From Proteromonas lacertae (Eukaryota): 64,000 nt of DNA. Under the pieces are notes generated by a model. That model ran no database searches, had not been told where the DNA came from, and saw nothing but the letters and a program-made list of their open reading frames with translations. The stretch covers positions 248,001-312,000 of the forward strand of contig NGBS01000872.1 in assembly GCA_002245135.1 (NCBI GenBank). Direction: 5' to 3'. The translations under genes were made by a program, and so were the position numbers. Below, piece after piece: positions 13,231 through 26,700 of the stretch (its first letter is position 1; every line of letters begins with the position of its first letter).

Positions 13231-14028
13231 ATGTCTACTTTTAAAAATATAAATAAAGAAACTATACCAACGAAAATTGTTACTGCAGATGGAACTGTTC
13301 TTAATTTAAAGCGACAGAAGAAAAACAAACCATCAAAGTTGAAAACAGAAATATTAGAGAGTAAAATAATTAAACCATTAGAAATAACTACAATTTCTGA
13401 AAAATATAGAGTATTTTTCTTTAGTTTCTATGATTATTAGACTGAAAATATTCCTTTAGAAGATGCATTAACTCCTTTATTAGATAAATTAAGTGTATGG
13501 CAGAAAAGAATAAACAATCTTCCTCCAGAAAAAAGAAATGGAAAGAAAAGATATGTTATTGTATATATTTTAGTATAATCATACGATTAGGGGTTTAAAG
13601 AATGTGAAAAATGGATAAAAAGAATGAAAGTTCGTGTTTTTATTCTAGCTTGTGATATAAACTATACAAACACTAATACAAAAGAAAGTCCAGACTATTT
13701 GGTTAATAGAATAATACAATCAGTAGAAGAACAAAAGATTATATTTATATATGGAATAACTAGAAGGGAACTATCAAATTCAATAGGTTTATTTAAAAGA
13801 ATAAGCTGTATTGGGATATTAGATCCATCAGGAATATTACCAGAATTACAACAAATGCCAATCCATTATCCTTCACCAATAATATCATATTCATCTTCTT
13901 CTATTCCACCTCCTCCTTTAGATACATCTACAATTATCCAGGCTATTCCAAATGAAGAAGATTTAAAAGAAAAAATAGAAAATAAACCTCTCAATTTAAA
14001 TGCTAAAGAATTTCATCCAATATTATAA
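13231..14028 (+). CDS. SECISBP2: SECIS-binding protein 2-like (SID motif plus L7Ae domain)
   Basis: KKNKPSKLKTEIL; LLDKLSVWQKR...KKRYVIGFKE...ITRRELSNSIG...SCIGILD; 2 introns. Confidence 0.7.
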
Positions 14029-14097
14029 TTAGTTTTGTGTGTCTTTTTAATCTCATAAAAATAAAATGAAAATATAAGTTTTCATTATGAAAAGAAT

Positions 14098-17000
14098 TTA
14101 GAATTTATAGTTTTTCAATAATTCAGAATCTCTCTTTATACGATTTACACGTGTTGTAATCTATTTTATATTATAAATAAATATAAATTATATACAGCTT
14201 CTCTTGAGTTTGTTAAAGTACGTGTATAACCAGATATATCTTTCGTTCCAAAGAATTCATCAAATTCTTTTAAGATATCTAAGGTCTTCCATGACTATTA
14301 AACAATATATAAAACAATCATTATTAATACTCCAGTAATAATATCAATTAATGATGGTAACATTTGTGTTCCTGTTTTTACACAATCAATAAGTGTATCA
14401 TAATGCGCTTTGAAGTAATTCCATGCTGGATAACCACCCTATTCATATAAAAATATAACAATAGATTAATACATATTTTGTACGAGCTATAACAAAGCAA
14501 TAGATCAAATCTTGAATTCTAACTTCACCATTCAAACTCATTTCTAATACTTGGTTAATTAATTTCTCATGTTTTAAAGCTGAAAAAGCACCAAGTACTC
14601 TTAACTTTTCTTCTTGAGCTGATGTTTTAACGAAATAGGCTTTCAATTGATTGTAATTTTCAGTTGCTTCTTTCTCATCTTTTGAACCAACAAATGCTCT
14701 GAAACAAATACCTCTTAAAGAAGGTGACAATTCATTTGCTTCTGGATCTTGAATATAAGCTCTGCATCTTTTAACTGCTTCATCAATAATTTCTTTATCT
14801 TCACTCTTAATCAATAATGAGATTACATCAGCTCTATATGATTCAACATTCTCTTTTTCACCTTCTTTTTTATCCCAACCTAATCTATCGAAATGAGGAC
14901 GATATAATCTATGTAAATATTGTAAATATTTAGGATAGAAGTCTTCATCTTCATATAAGAAACATAACTATTAAAATATAAATAACAATTATAATTATAA
15001 TTAGTATACACCACCCAAGCTTGAAGATATTTCATCAATAACTCCTTCATTATCTTCATTAACAAAACTATTAACATTATAATGAATTAATTATTTATAT
15101 ACTGACTAACAAAATCAAGTGCTGTTGTTATTTCCAAATCACCACTTCCACTTAATGCAAATACATCACTAATCAAACCAATTCTATCTAAACTTGGAAT
15201 TACTTTCTTTTCACATAATTCTCCTAACTCCATTCCACCATTTAGCTGGATAATTGATTCTACAGAATGTTGATTGATCAGTATTAAGTTTCACAACACC
15301 TAATTTCTTGATTCTGTTTAACTCTTTCATAAAAGCATCAGATTGAGATGGATTTTGTTCATTTAAGAATGGTAATTCAACAACTTCTGTTGTATTATCA
15401 CTTTTATAGATTGTTGCTCTTAATGGGATATTCCATGCAACTCTATTTAAAAAAATAATAATATTGAATATTATAAATACTTTTCAGCTTCTTCATTTCT
15501 TTGTCTCAAGAATCTTCTTTGATTGCATTTATATTCACTAGCTTCTTCAGTAATTGTCACTAATGGAAATCCTGTTTGAGTAATGAATTTATTCATAAAC
15601 TCAGTTACTGGTTTTCCAGAACCTTCTTCTAATGCTTTCCATAAATCATCAGTTTCAGCATTCTTATAAGCAAATCTGTTCAAATATAAATTAATACCTT
15701 TCTGGAATGATTCTCTTCCTAAATAACAGAAAAGCATTCTTAAAACAGATGAACCTTTTGAGTATGAAATACTATCAAATATTTCATCAATTTCTTCTGG
15801 GCTTACTACAGGTACTTGAACTGGATGAGATGATAATAATGAATCTAAACCTTTAGCATATGATTGATCATCAGTAGCAAAATCATTCCAATGTTCCCAT
15901 TCTGGGAATAACTCTGAAACGCAAAATGTTTCCATAAAAGTGGCAAATCCTTCATTCAACCATAAATGAGTCCACCATTTCATTGTTACTAAATCACCAA
16001 ACCACTAACATAATATAATAGTAATAATTAAACATATATCATATATAAATACTTGATGAGCTAATTCATGAGATACAGTTGTAGCAACTCTCTTCTTTCT
16101 TGCAACACTTGCATTATTTGGATCAACCATAATATCAACAACTCTGAATGTAATACATCCCCAATTTTCCATTGCACCAGCAGCAAAATCAGGAATTGCT
16201 AATAAATCAGCTTTTGGTAATGGATATTTAATTCCATAGAAATCATCATAGAATTGAAGTGCTTTAATTCCAACTTCTGTTGCGAATTTACCTTGTTCAG
16301 CACATCCAACTGATGTATAAGTAGTAACTTGAACTCCATTCTTTGTATAACCTGTGATTGAATCAAATTCACCAACTACAAGTGCTACAAGATAAGTTGA
16401 CATGATTGGTGTAACAGCAAATTTCACATATTTATGATTTTCATCAATTGTTCGTGTTTCAATAATATTCATATTTGAAATTGTATTATACTTCTTTTCA
16501 GTAATAACTGCTAATTGGAATGTTGCTTTAAGAGTTGGTTCATCCCAACAAGGGAATGCACGTCTTGCATCAGTTGCTTCAAATTGAGTAGTTGCCATAT
16601 ATCTATCTTCACCATTTACTGTGTATTTACTTCTGTAAAAACCAGCTAACTTGTCATTTAAAATGCCGTTAAAAACTAATTTAATAGAAGCTTCACCTTT
16701 TGTTAACTTATCATTCAACTGCTAAACGACAAGTCTCATCTTTTAAATCAAATCGACATTCTACTTTATATAACATATACATGTATAAATACGATTTTAA
16801 CTTCAATTGTTTTACCGTTTTGAGTAATTTCTACTTTCTATAACAATGTTAAACAATAAAAATACTTCAATTCCAAGTTCGGTTGCATGAAAGATTATGA
16901 AATCACTTGTTTCATTCACATCAAGAGTGGTTAATACAGAGCCATGAAAAGTAAATCTTTTCAAATCAATATTGTCGTACTCAATATCATAACTACATGA

Positions 17001-17360
17001 AATGCATGAAAAATAAATACTGATGTGGAATAACATTTCTCGGCAATAATACTGATGGTTGATCTTGAGACATTTCTTTAGAATATTTCGAAAAAGCTCG
17101 GCTTGAATGAATATTCTTCCTAAAATCTCATGAATAAATGAATACAATTGATTATTCTTGTTGTATATTGCAAATATACTTGATGTTGCATATGACAGCA
17201 TTCTGATTGGTAAATTTCTTTTAATCATTTTTTGATATATCAATGAATTGCTTTTAATTTCCTTATTTCTTGTTATATTTGAATAAAATTTACCACTTTT
17301 TAATGTTTGTTTGTTTTTTAAGCATGACAAACCTTTCGTTAAGCTAGTTTTTATAAACAT
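14098..17360 (-). CDS. Puromycin-sensitive M1 aminopeptidase with N-terminal presequence-like extension; contains frame discontinuities
   Basis: TQFEATDARRAFPCWDEP, GAMENWG, HELAHQ, LWLNEGFA, SYSKG, ERAP1-like C-terminus; second in-frame ATG at 17073. Confidence 0.92.
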
Positions 17361-17702
17361 TAAACTTCTCACAAAAATACACGTAACAAATAATAAAAAA
17401 GATGTTAAATCATTTCATTGTATATGATTATAATTAACTAACATTTAGTGTATAAAATATATTCTGCTTGCAGTTAATTGGAAGATTTATACCTCTTTAT
17501 TTTACACAACTAATTTCTTATAATATTATATTATAACTTACATAGTTAACTTTAAATAATTTCAAATAATTTCTCTAAAGTTATAATTGATTAATCCAAG
17601 TATTATTGTAAATATTAAATTCTGATTTATCAATATTTTTCTTTTACCAACAATACAACACAATAAATAAATAAATTATAGATAAAAAAAATGAAAAAAA
17701 GA

Positions 17703-18959
17703 TTAAAACCTTAAGCTAGATACATATTCATTAGTCTCTTTTATTCTATTCACTTCATCTTGTGTTAAATTCAATGTAACACACTGTTCTTGCTTTTTAT
17801 TCACTCTATTTAATGTTATTGAGATTAATCCATATGATTCTAAACCTTCTAAAATACTTTTGACAATAGATTTAGTATCACCATCCTTTAAAACAGTTCC
17901 AAATACTGATTTCATGTTAATAACCTCTTTTGTTATTTCTGTAAATGTTATTCTTTTCTTTGATTTAAAAAACAATTTTGCAATTATCATTAACATTATC
18001 ATCCCATCTTTTGGGATTTTTGAATATTTATCTGTTACAGTTTCAGGTTTTGTGACTTTATACATATCACCAAATCTAATAAACGGTTCATCTTTCTTTT
18101 CTATTAACTCTGGTGTAACTGTTATATTCGATAAACAACAATAACAATAATCTAATGCTTTTCTTATATCTCCACCAGAATTTGCTACTGATTTTGCACA
18201 ACATTTTAACGCTTCATCATTAAATAACAACTTATCACTTTCAATACTATTACATCTGTTTTTCAATATTTCATATATTTGATGTTCTGTATATGCATTG
18301 AAAATTATTGTCTTTATTTTATTAAAATCTATGAATAATAAGATATATAAAATATATACAGAAATCAAGTGTTAATTCAGTTGGAAGAGTGTTACACAAT
18401 CCTATTATTATATAATTTGATTTCGTATCATATGTGGAGTTCAACAGTTTTGTTTCAATCTTCTTTGGCAATTTATCAAACTCTTCAATGATATATATTG
18501 TGAATTTTTTGTATTGTTTTGGTGTCTTAATTTCTGATTTGATTGTTCCACATATTCTCTTTATATCAATGGATGTATCATTGTTCCATATATCACATAA
18601 CTTGTTAACTAACGAAGATTTCCCAGTTCCTGGTGAACCATGTAATATCATACAACCTCCTTGCATTGAGTTTTTATGATCTTGAACAAATTCTTTTAAA
18701 GTCTATAATTGAATAAATACAACTGAATTCATACTATTTCTTCATTTTCACGACAAACTACCTGAGATGCATTCGAACTCTTGTTAAACACTTCCATCCA
18801 CTCATTAGGAATTTTAGAATCTGCATATATTACACTTTTATTTTTATTGATTTTCAATTTCTTAGTACGAGTTATGAAATCAGTTATATAGGTAGCTATT
18901 GATGATTAGTATTAAATGAAAATACTTGTTTCACAAAAAGCTCTCTTCTTCGGTGGCAT
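17703..18959 (-). CDS. CDC6/ORC1-family AAA+ ATPase
   Basis: VCRENE, GSPGTGKS, IIEEFD, FNAYT, GDIRKALD, winged-helix C-terminus; 3 introns. Confidence 0.8.
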
Positions 18960-19210
18960 TTCGTAATACAAAAAAAAAGCGCGCCAAAATGTAATGTGAC
19001 AGTTTGCATTTGTTTATCAGAAGATCCATGAAGAAAATAATAAATGCAATGATATTTTTATTTTGTTTCTTCGATATATCTATCTCCTGTGATAGAAAAT
19101 ATTCAATGAAAGTGAGTAATTTATATGTTATGTCAGATTAGTATATTTACAACCAAAATAACAAATTAAAACGAATTATTACTATCAAAATGAAAAAGAT
19201 AACAACTTAT

Positions 19211-21462
19211 CTACGACTGCATAAATAACATCTCATAATAACTAGATAAAGGCCAATCTTTTGCATCAATCATAGTTTCAAGTATATCGACATCCTCTCT
19301 TAAGTCAGCCATGCATGGTAATATATCCCCAAGAATACGTCTACCTAATTTAAGTGGATCGTCTTTCTTATGAAGGGAATAGTCGTTTATTATTTTCTGT
19401 AACTTCATTTCTTTTCCTTCAATGTTGTTAACTATCTGACCATAGGTTTTATAGAAATTACCACAATTATCACCAAAACTAATTCCAGTCTTATAAAAAG
19501 AATTAGTCTTGTATGCAGTTGGTAATATATATTTTCTTGTCAAATAACTAGCACATTTAGCTTCCAATAGTTGTTTCTTTACATATTCATCAGCTAAAAT
19601 TGATTGTCTAGATTCCAATTCCTTCTGACTCATTACATTTAACGATTTAAACAACTCAATATTCTTCTTTGAAGTAAATTGAGGTAATGAATCAGGAGTA
19701 GTCTCATAGTTAGGTAATCCTCTCTTAATAGCTTCATTCTTCCATGCAGCTGAATAATTATTACCATTAAATACAACTCTCTTATGTTTATTATATATTT
19801 CCTTTACTACATTATGTATTGCTTCAGGAACTGACATTTTTCCTAATCTCTTCTGGACTTCATCACCTAAAAACTTCATTGAATCAGCCATCATGGTTGT
19901 TAACATCAAATTTGATCTTGCTGGTGGTTGACTGGATCCAACAGCTCTAAATTCGAACTTGTTACCAGTATAAGCGAATGGTGAAGTTCTATTTCTATCA
20001 GCTGTATCTCTCTTAATCATTGGTAATGATTTAACACCTAAATCAAGATTAAGTTTCAATTCTGATGGATTTGAATTACCAGTTACATATTTTTCTAACG
20101 CATATTGTAAATCTTGACCTATAAACATTGACATAATAGCAGGTGGAGCTTCATTTGCACCTAATCGATGATCATTACTTGCACCAGTTACACATAATCT
20201 CAATAAATCAGCATGTAAATCAACAGCTCTTATTGCACCAGCTAAAAATAACATAAACTGCATATTTTCTTCAGGATGATCACCTGGATGGAATATTGAT
20301 TTCACTTTATCAGTTCCTAGTGACCAATTATTATGTTTACCTGAACCATTCACTCTAGCAAATGGTTTTTCATGGAATAGTGCCTTCATACCATGCTTTT
20401 GTGCTACTTTCTTCAATACTTCCATTAATATTAAGTTCTGATCTCCAGATACTGGTGCTTTATCAAATACACATGCTAATTCATATTGTCCTGGAGCTAC
20501 TTCTCGATGTCTTGTACACATTGGAATTCCAACCTTCCATGCTTCTTCTTCTACTTCATTTAGACAGTTTAATGCTTTTATACTTAAATCACCTAAGTAT
20601 TGATCTTCTAATTCTTGTCCCTTGGGTGGAGCAGCTCCGAATAATGTTCTTCCACATATTTTTAAATCAGGTCTTTGATCATAATATTTTCTATCTATCA
20701 AAAAGAACTCCTGTTCTGGACCACTATCTGTAAACACATATTTATGTGAATTATCACCTAATATTCTAAACAAACGTAATGTTTCACGTTCTAATGTCTC
20801 TGTTGCTCTTAAAAATGGTAACTTTTGATCTAATGTTGATCCTTCCCAAGAGAAAAAGACTGAAGGAATGTATAAGGTTGCTGCTTTACCTGTATCCATT
20901 ACAAATGGATGACTACATGGATCCCATACTGTATAACCACGTGCCATATGTGTTTCTCTTAAACCACCGTTTGGAAATGAAGATGCATCTGGTTCACTTT
21001 TTACTAATAATTTACCTGTGAAATTTGAGATTACATCTCCATCCTCTTTTCTACTTAAGAATGAATCGTGCTTCTGTGCGGTTGCTCCTGTTAATGGTTG
21101 AAACCAGTGAGTGTAATGAGTAACTCCTCTGTCCATAGCCCATCTTAGGATTGCAGAAGCAACACTATCTGCAGTTGCATTATCGATTGGATTTTTTGGA
21201 TTATGACGAGCTTCTAATATACGTTCATAACTAATTTAATAAATTGAAGTAAGAATACACATGTGATGGTAGAGTCTGTCTCATTGTTGCATCATTAAAA
21301 CAATTAACACCGAATAAACTATCAATGGAATTGTACTTACTACTGAATCCACTCTTTGTTATCAAACATCCTAATTTTGTTAGCGATGACTTCTAACTCA
21401 ATGTATTTATTTTAATGAAATACGTTTAAACGAAATGTTGATGCTCTTAGACAAGAAAACAT
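19211..21462 (-). CDS. Glutamine synthetase type III with N-terminal organellar presequence-like leader
   Basis: THYTHWFQPLTG, EPDASSFPNGGLR, GPEQEFFL, NGSGKHNNWS, RLGANEAPP, RNRTSPFAYTGNKFEFR; 2 introns. Confidence 0.93.
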
Positions 21463-21597
21463 GAAAAATGTCGATTAAAAAACTTGTAATTTAACAAGCT
21501 TGAATTCTGATTTGAGCTTTTAAAATGACGCACTGAAACACGGAAATAAAAAACAAAACCAATAAGAAGAAATAACTAAATAACAACTAACTAAACA

Positions 21598-22088
21598 TCA
21601 TTCGCCTATATTATTCAGTATATGACTATAAGAATTCTGAATTACATCAACTTGTCTGTAAGAATAACCATGCCATCGCAGATATGATCCGATTATCACT
21701 AATAACCCATATGCCCCTGGTAAAATTGCTATTTTAATATAGATAAATCACAAATACTAATAAATCCAACTATCATCACAGCGTAATATCTTGCACTATC
21801 TGTAAAAGCACCACCAAATGAAAGAGCCAAACAAACCTTACTATAATATCACTAAATTATACAGATCCAGTGATTGCGAAAACAAGACTAAATATAAATG
21901 CAATTTTTGGGAATTTATGTTGCTTTATATTACCTTGAGCGTTATGTGGCTATTAATAAATAGAGACATCACAAAATACTCGAATATGGTGTATATCGGT
22001 GTGTGAAAATCTTGAAGCTCTTTCACTGTCTTCATGATGCAATAAAGAAGATGGATCATCTTCTCCTAGAATGTGGCGTTCTCATCAT
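21598..22088 (-). CDS. TMEM230/TMEM134 (DUF872)-like two-TM protein; needs a +1 shift near the start
   Basis: 3 introns give PKIAFIFSLVFAITGSVCL...VGFITILPGAYGLLVIIGSYLRWHGYSY. Confidence 0.7.
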
Positions 22089-22142
22089 TTTTTATTTTGA
22101 AAAATCCTTCAAGCCTAATCAAACTTATTTTTAAATTCAAAA

Positions 22143-23585
22143 ATGAAATCTGCCAATAACTCTAGCTGGAAGCCTGCCAGTGATTTAAAACACAAAGATA
22201 TATTCTTTTCATCTGACATGACAAAAGGAAATCATAATCCAATTCATAGGTAAGTTATAATCTTGTAATATTCTAATAGATTAAATCCTGCTCCAGTCTC
22301 ATCCATGATCTCAGTAAGAGATGAAAATGGATTAGATCCAACACTTGATTCCATCAGACAAATATGTAAGCACTATGAACAGAAATGTGCTGGTAAATAT
22401 GATAAACAATCTACAGCAGGAAGGTATAGAAATAATAATATTATCAGTGATAGATGTTTATTTCAACTGTCAAGAGAAGTTCAAGCCATACTAGAAGAAT
22501 TAGAAGTTAGATTTCATTTTCAAAAAAGTGTATGGGTTATATTATATGAGTGTATTATTCATAGCAATTAAAACATCTAAATGATGTTGTTAGTGCAATG
22601 GGATAAGTATTATGGTCCAGCAAACTCCAGAAAGTTTAAGTTTTAAATACAAAACAATTCCAATCACACCAAAAGTGTTAAAACAATATATATCTGAATT
22701 AGAAGATAGAAATGCATTATTGGAACAAGAAAGACTTAACAGATTGGAAGAAGAAAAAGAAGAAGTAATGGAAATAGAAAATGCAATTGATATTCATAAT
22801 AGAGTAGCAAGAGATCAATATCATACAGAAATGAAACGAATTAATTTGCAAAAACAAAAAGAAGTTGATGATTTGAGTATTTTATATATTATATAATTAT
22901 TAGATAATAAATATAACAAAGAAATAAAAGAATTAAATGAAAAACATTATGATGAAATTGAAAGAATGAAAGAGCAACATAACAAAGAAATTGAATCTTA
23001 CAAAATTCAAAGTGAAAAGACTGAAAATGATTTAAAAAAAGAGATAGATAGACTTAATAAAGTAATAATAAAGCAGCAAAATGAAATAGAAGAAAAAATG
23101 AAGAAATAAACACATTACATTCAACAATAGAAGAATATACAAAGAAATTAGAAAAACTAACTCAAGAACTAGTTACAATTCAAAATGAAATAACTTTAGT
23201 TGCTAAAAATAAAGATGAAGAATATAAGAAAATAATAGATGAAATGCATCAACAATTTAAGGAAAGAGAGAATGAATTATTGAAACAAATTAATGTAATT
23301 AATGATGAAAAGGATTTATTAAAGTATAATTTGAACCAACTACAAGATATATTGAACCAATTACAATGTCAATATCAAGAAAATCATAGGCAAGAGAGGA
23401 ATTTGATAGATATTTCAGGAGCAGATATTACAGTTGATTTGCCGAAAATTATGGTTAGTAAAGAACTAAGACATAAAATAGACACTCAAAACCCTCCTTA
23501 TAAAAACAAATGGAATAAAAATTGTCTTAATTTAAGGTATTCTCCACAAAAATTAACTCATGGTATTAAAGTTTTTTATAATTAG
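22143..23585 (+). CDS. Coiled-coil hypothetical protein with unresolved frame breaks (about 22600 and 23095)
   Basis: E/K/Q-rich heptad ORFs linked by short introns. Confidence 0.6.
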
Positions 23586-23722
23586 TTGTAAGAATATTTA
23601 TATTGTTTTTTAATACTTTAATGTAAAGAAAAATTACAGTAAAATTGGTTTTCGAAATCATTCGTTTTTTGTTTCGAATAATATTTATTTTTAAAATTTT
23701 TCTTATATAGAAGCAATTAAAG

Positions 23723-26700
23723 ATGGGTATTCCTATTTCAATACCAGCTATGGTTATTGAAGACCCTCGTAAGCAATCTTATTTAACGAACGAGTCGAAT
23801 TTACAACATGTTTGTGAAAGGTATAAAGCCTTAATGAACAAAAAGATTATTCAAACACAATATAACCCAGGAAAGTTACAGAATAATCCCAAAATGGAAT
23901 ACTACTTTGGCTACTTAGATGAGCATTTTTATGAAAATCTGAAGAATAGAGCTCAAGAAAGAATGATGTATAATCCATCTTACTATTTATATTCATAGAA
24001 ACGGGATTAATAATGATTTCTATCGTTGTATTCAAGAAATCTTGATGTTGTGTGAAATGACACTTCATTCACCACCACCTTCAGAATTAGTACAACGTTT
24101 AGAACAAATGAAAGTTGTATATTATCCATATTATCTATTCATTAGAGTAAAGATGAAATGAATAACGTAATAGCTGAACTGCACAATGAATTCAAAAAGC
24201 CATTTTTTCCGGAATCATATCAAATATCAAATACAGAATATTTAGTATAATATTTATCAATATAATGTTAATTATAGTTATCTTTGTTTGATTTCACAGC
24301 TTTAGAGAATCAAAATAAAGATTTAATCAAACCATTACTGTTGGGTGTAATATCACAATTAGAAACATTAACACCATTATCATTATTCAATCAATTATTC
24401 CCAAGATCAATCAAAAGTGGTGAAGAAGTTCTATTCGATCCATCCAGTGTAAAATCCAATGGTAGAACTAAATCAACATCTGTATTACAGGATAATGATG
24501 ATGTTTGGTTTACTAGTATAATTGAAGCATCAAAAACAGTATATTGGGAAGGAGATTTAATGAAAGATAGTAAACCAATAAAGTTTATAAAAGTATCTAT
24601 ATATATATATATTTATATTTTTATAGATTATATTTATGACATATACTGAACCATTACATATGCGTATAATATTAACATCAACTACAAATACTACAATAAT
24701 GGTTAATAAAGAAATAAACAATAACTGCACAATAATTACATTTGATAAAGAAGAATCAATTTTACATATGAAGTTCATATTTTCCTGTTTAGATTCATCA
24801 ATGCCATTTTCATTAAATATTAAAAGAATTCAATTATATGGTGATTCTAATCAACCGCCTAATGATGTTTTGTTTAATAAACACATGACATTAATATATA
24901 AAGCCAAGAATATTGAACCAATCCTATCACTTGAATCGTTATTACTGTATTCACAAGCTAGTGGTAGTTTGAATTCATTTTTAATGTTATTTTATAGTCT
25001 CTTAACTAATACTGATAAATCACTATGGGATACAATAAAAGCAAGATGTATAAAACATATAAAATGGTTAAAAACAGAAAAGAAGAAGATATTATTAAAG
25101 GGATTTGATACTGATATGTTATTTCGTAGAACTTTAAATGTATCATTTGATCCAAAGCATAGTAGTTCAGGAATAGAATTCATTTCACCATATACAATCA
25201 CAATGACTGCCACACAGAAGAATGCATATGCTTTGTTAAATATACCAATGGGCAGGAATTCTGTTTATATTTGGACATTTCAATTAGATCATGATAGTGT
25301 AGATAATGAGACATCTTGTTTTGGTGTATCTACTACATTATATCCAACTACTACTTCATTTAATTCAGCTGATACTTGGTTATTTAAATCATATAATTCA
25401 TCTATTTATCATGGGTCAAAGTGTTATGAAACTTCAAATCCACCAGTTCATGAAGGTGATATATTAACAATTACATTGAATTTAATATCATATAATTTAG
25501 TGTTTAGTATAAATGGTGGTAAAGGATTTGGTGTATTTCATTTAGATAGTAATACAATCTATTATCCAGTTGTATTATTATATGGTCATTCTCAAATATC
25601 ATTGTTATCATTCTATTGCTATGATAATCCATTAATCCCATATAAAATTTCATCTATGTCGTCTATAACCTATACTCCAACAAGTTCGGAGTATATTAAT
25701 CCAATAAACATCGGTGGAGTGATGAAGAATAATAGATGTTGTTTGACTATAGGATTTGATGATAATAACAGTGATAATATATATGAAATGAATATTAAAA
25801 CTAAGAATCTATTCTCAATGAGAGGTTACATGGGTATTCATTCATTAAATGACGATATGTCATTTGAAAGTGGTAGTTGTGAGGTAGATATAGTTGATGA
25901 TAAAGATACTGTATTATTTACTAGTAAAGTAGAACCAGATGATAGTGTATTTGTGGAGATTAAATTAACCAATATTGAATCTATTACTATTAAAGTTAGA
26001 TCAAAATGTGAAACAAATAAATTCATATTTGGTTTGTATGATGCTTATTTTATGAATCTTGATCAAGCCAAGCTTATTAATTCAATTGATATTCCTGATG
26101 ATGCTAAAGATATATTATCATTTGTAAAAAGTGAATTTTCATTAATCAACGATACTTCTATTTATATACCAAGAGCTTCTATCTATTTGACACCTAATCT
26201 ACCATTATGGTATAGTCTATCAGATGATGTCATAATATTATTTAATCAATTATTAAAACTCTTCAACTCTAATGCAAAACAGTATGTTTATTTATATGAA
26301 GAATTATTGAAATTATTACAATCTAATTTCAGACAATTCATTACTCAGAATTTAGATCCATTGCAATGTGGATTATGGGTTGATAAGAATAACACTTACA
26401 TTTTAACAGATAATATGTCTGAATTCTTGACACAATTAACTAAGGGAGCTAAAGTATTACCAAAAGATGATATTAAGAAAGTAATTAATACAATCGTTGA
26501 AGGATATTTGCTATTATTCCCTTCAAATAAAGCTCGAGTTAATTTCTTGTTAAAACATAGTGATAATCCTATTTTGCCAGTTTTATTATCACAAATTCCA
26601 AAGTCTCCATTAATATTAAGTTCATTCTTCTTAGATTTAGATAAGAATATGAAATATATATTGGAATTATTTAAGACATTGTTACAATTAGCAGAAGAGA

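Noticed and set aside
20362..21021. Antisense ORFs over GSIII and similar shadow ORFs elsewhere (e.g. 9450-9707, 62489-62813, 21818-22006)
   Set aside because: Reverse-strand by-products of real genes, with no motifs of their own.
22590..22650. Frame break at ATG GGA TAA
   Set aside because: Ambiguous (G-run deletion, 26-nt GC-AG intron, or two +1 events), and there is no homology to decide between them.
23088..23112. AAA TAA resembling the Euplotes +1 motif
   Set aside because: The +1 frame closes quickly; coding continues in -1, consistent with a missing A in the A6 run.
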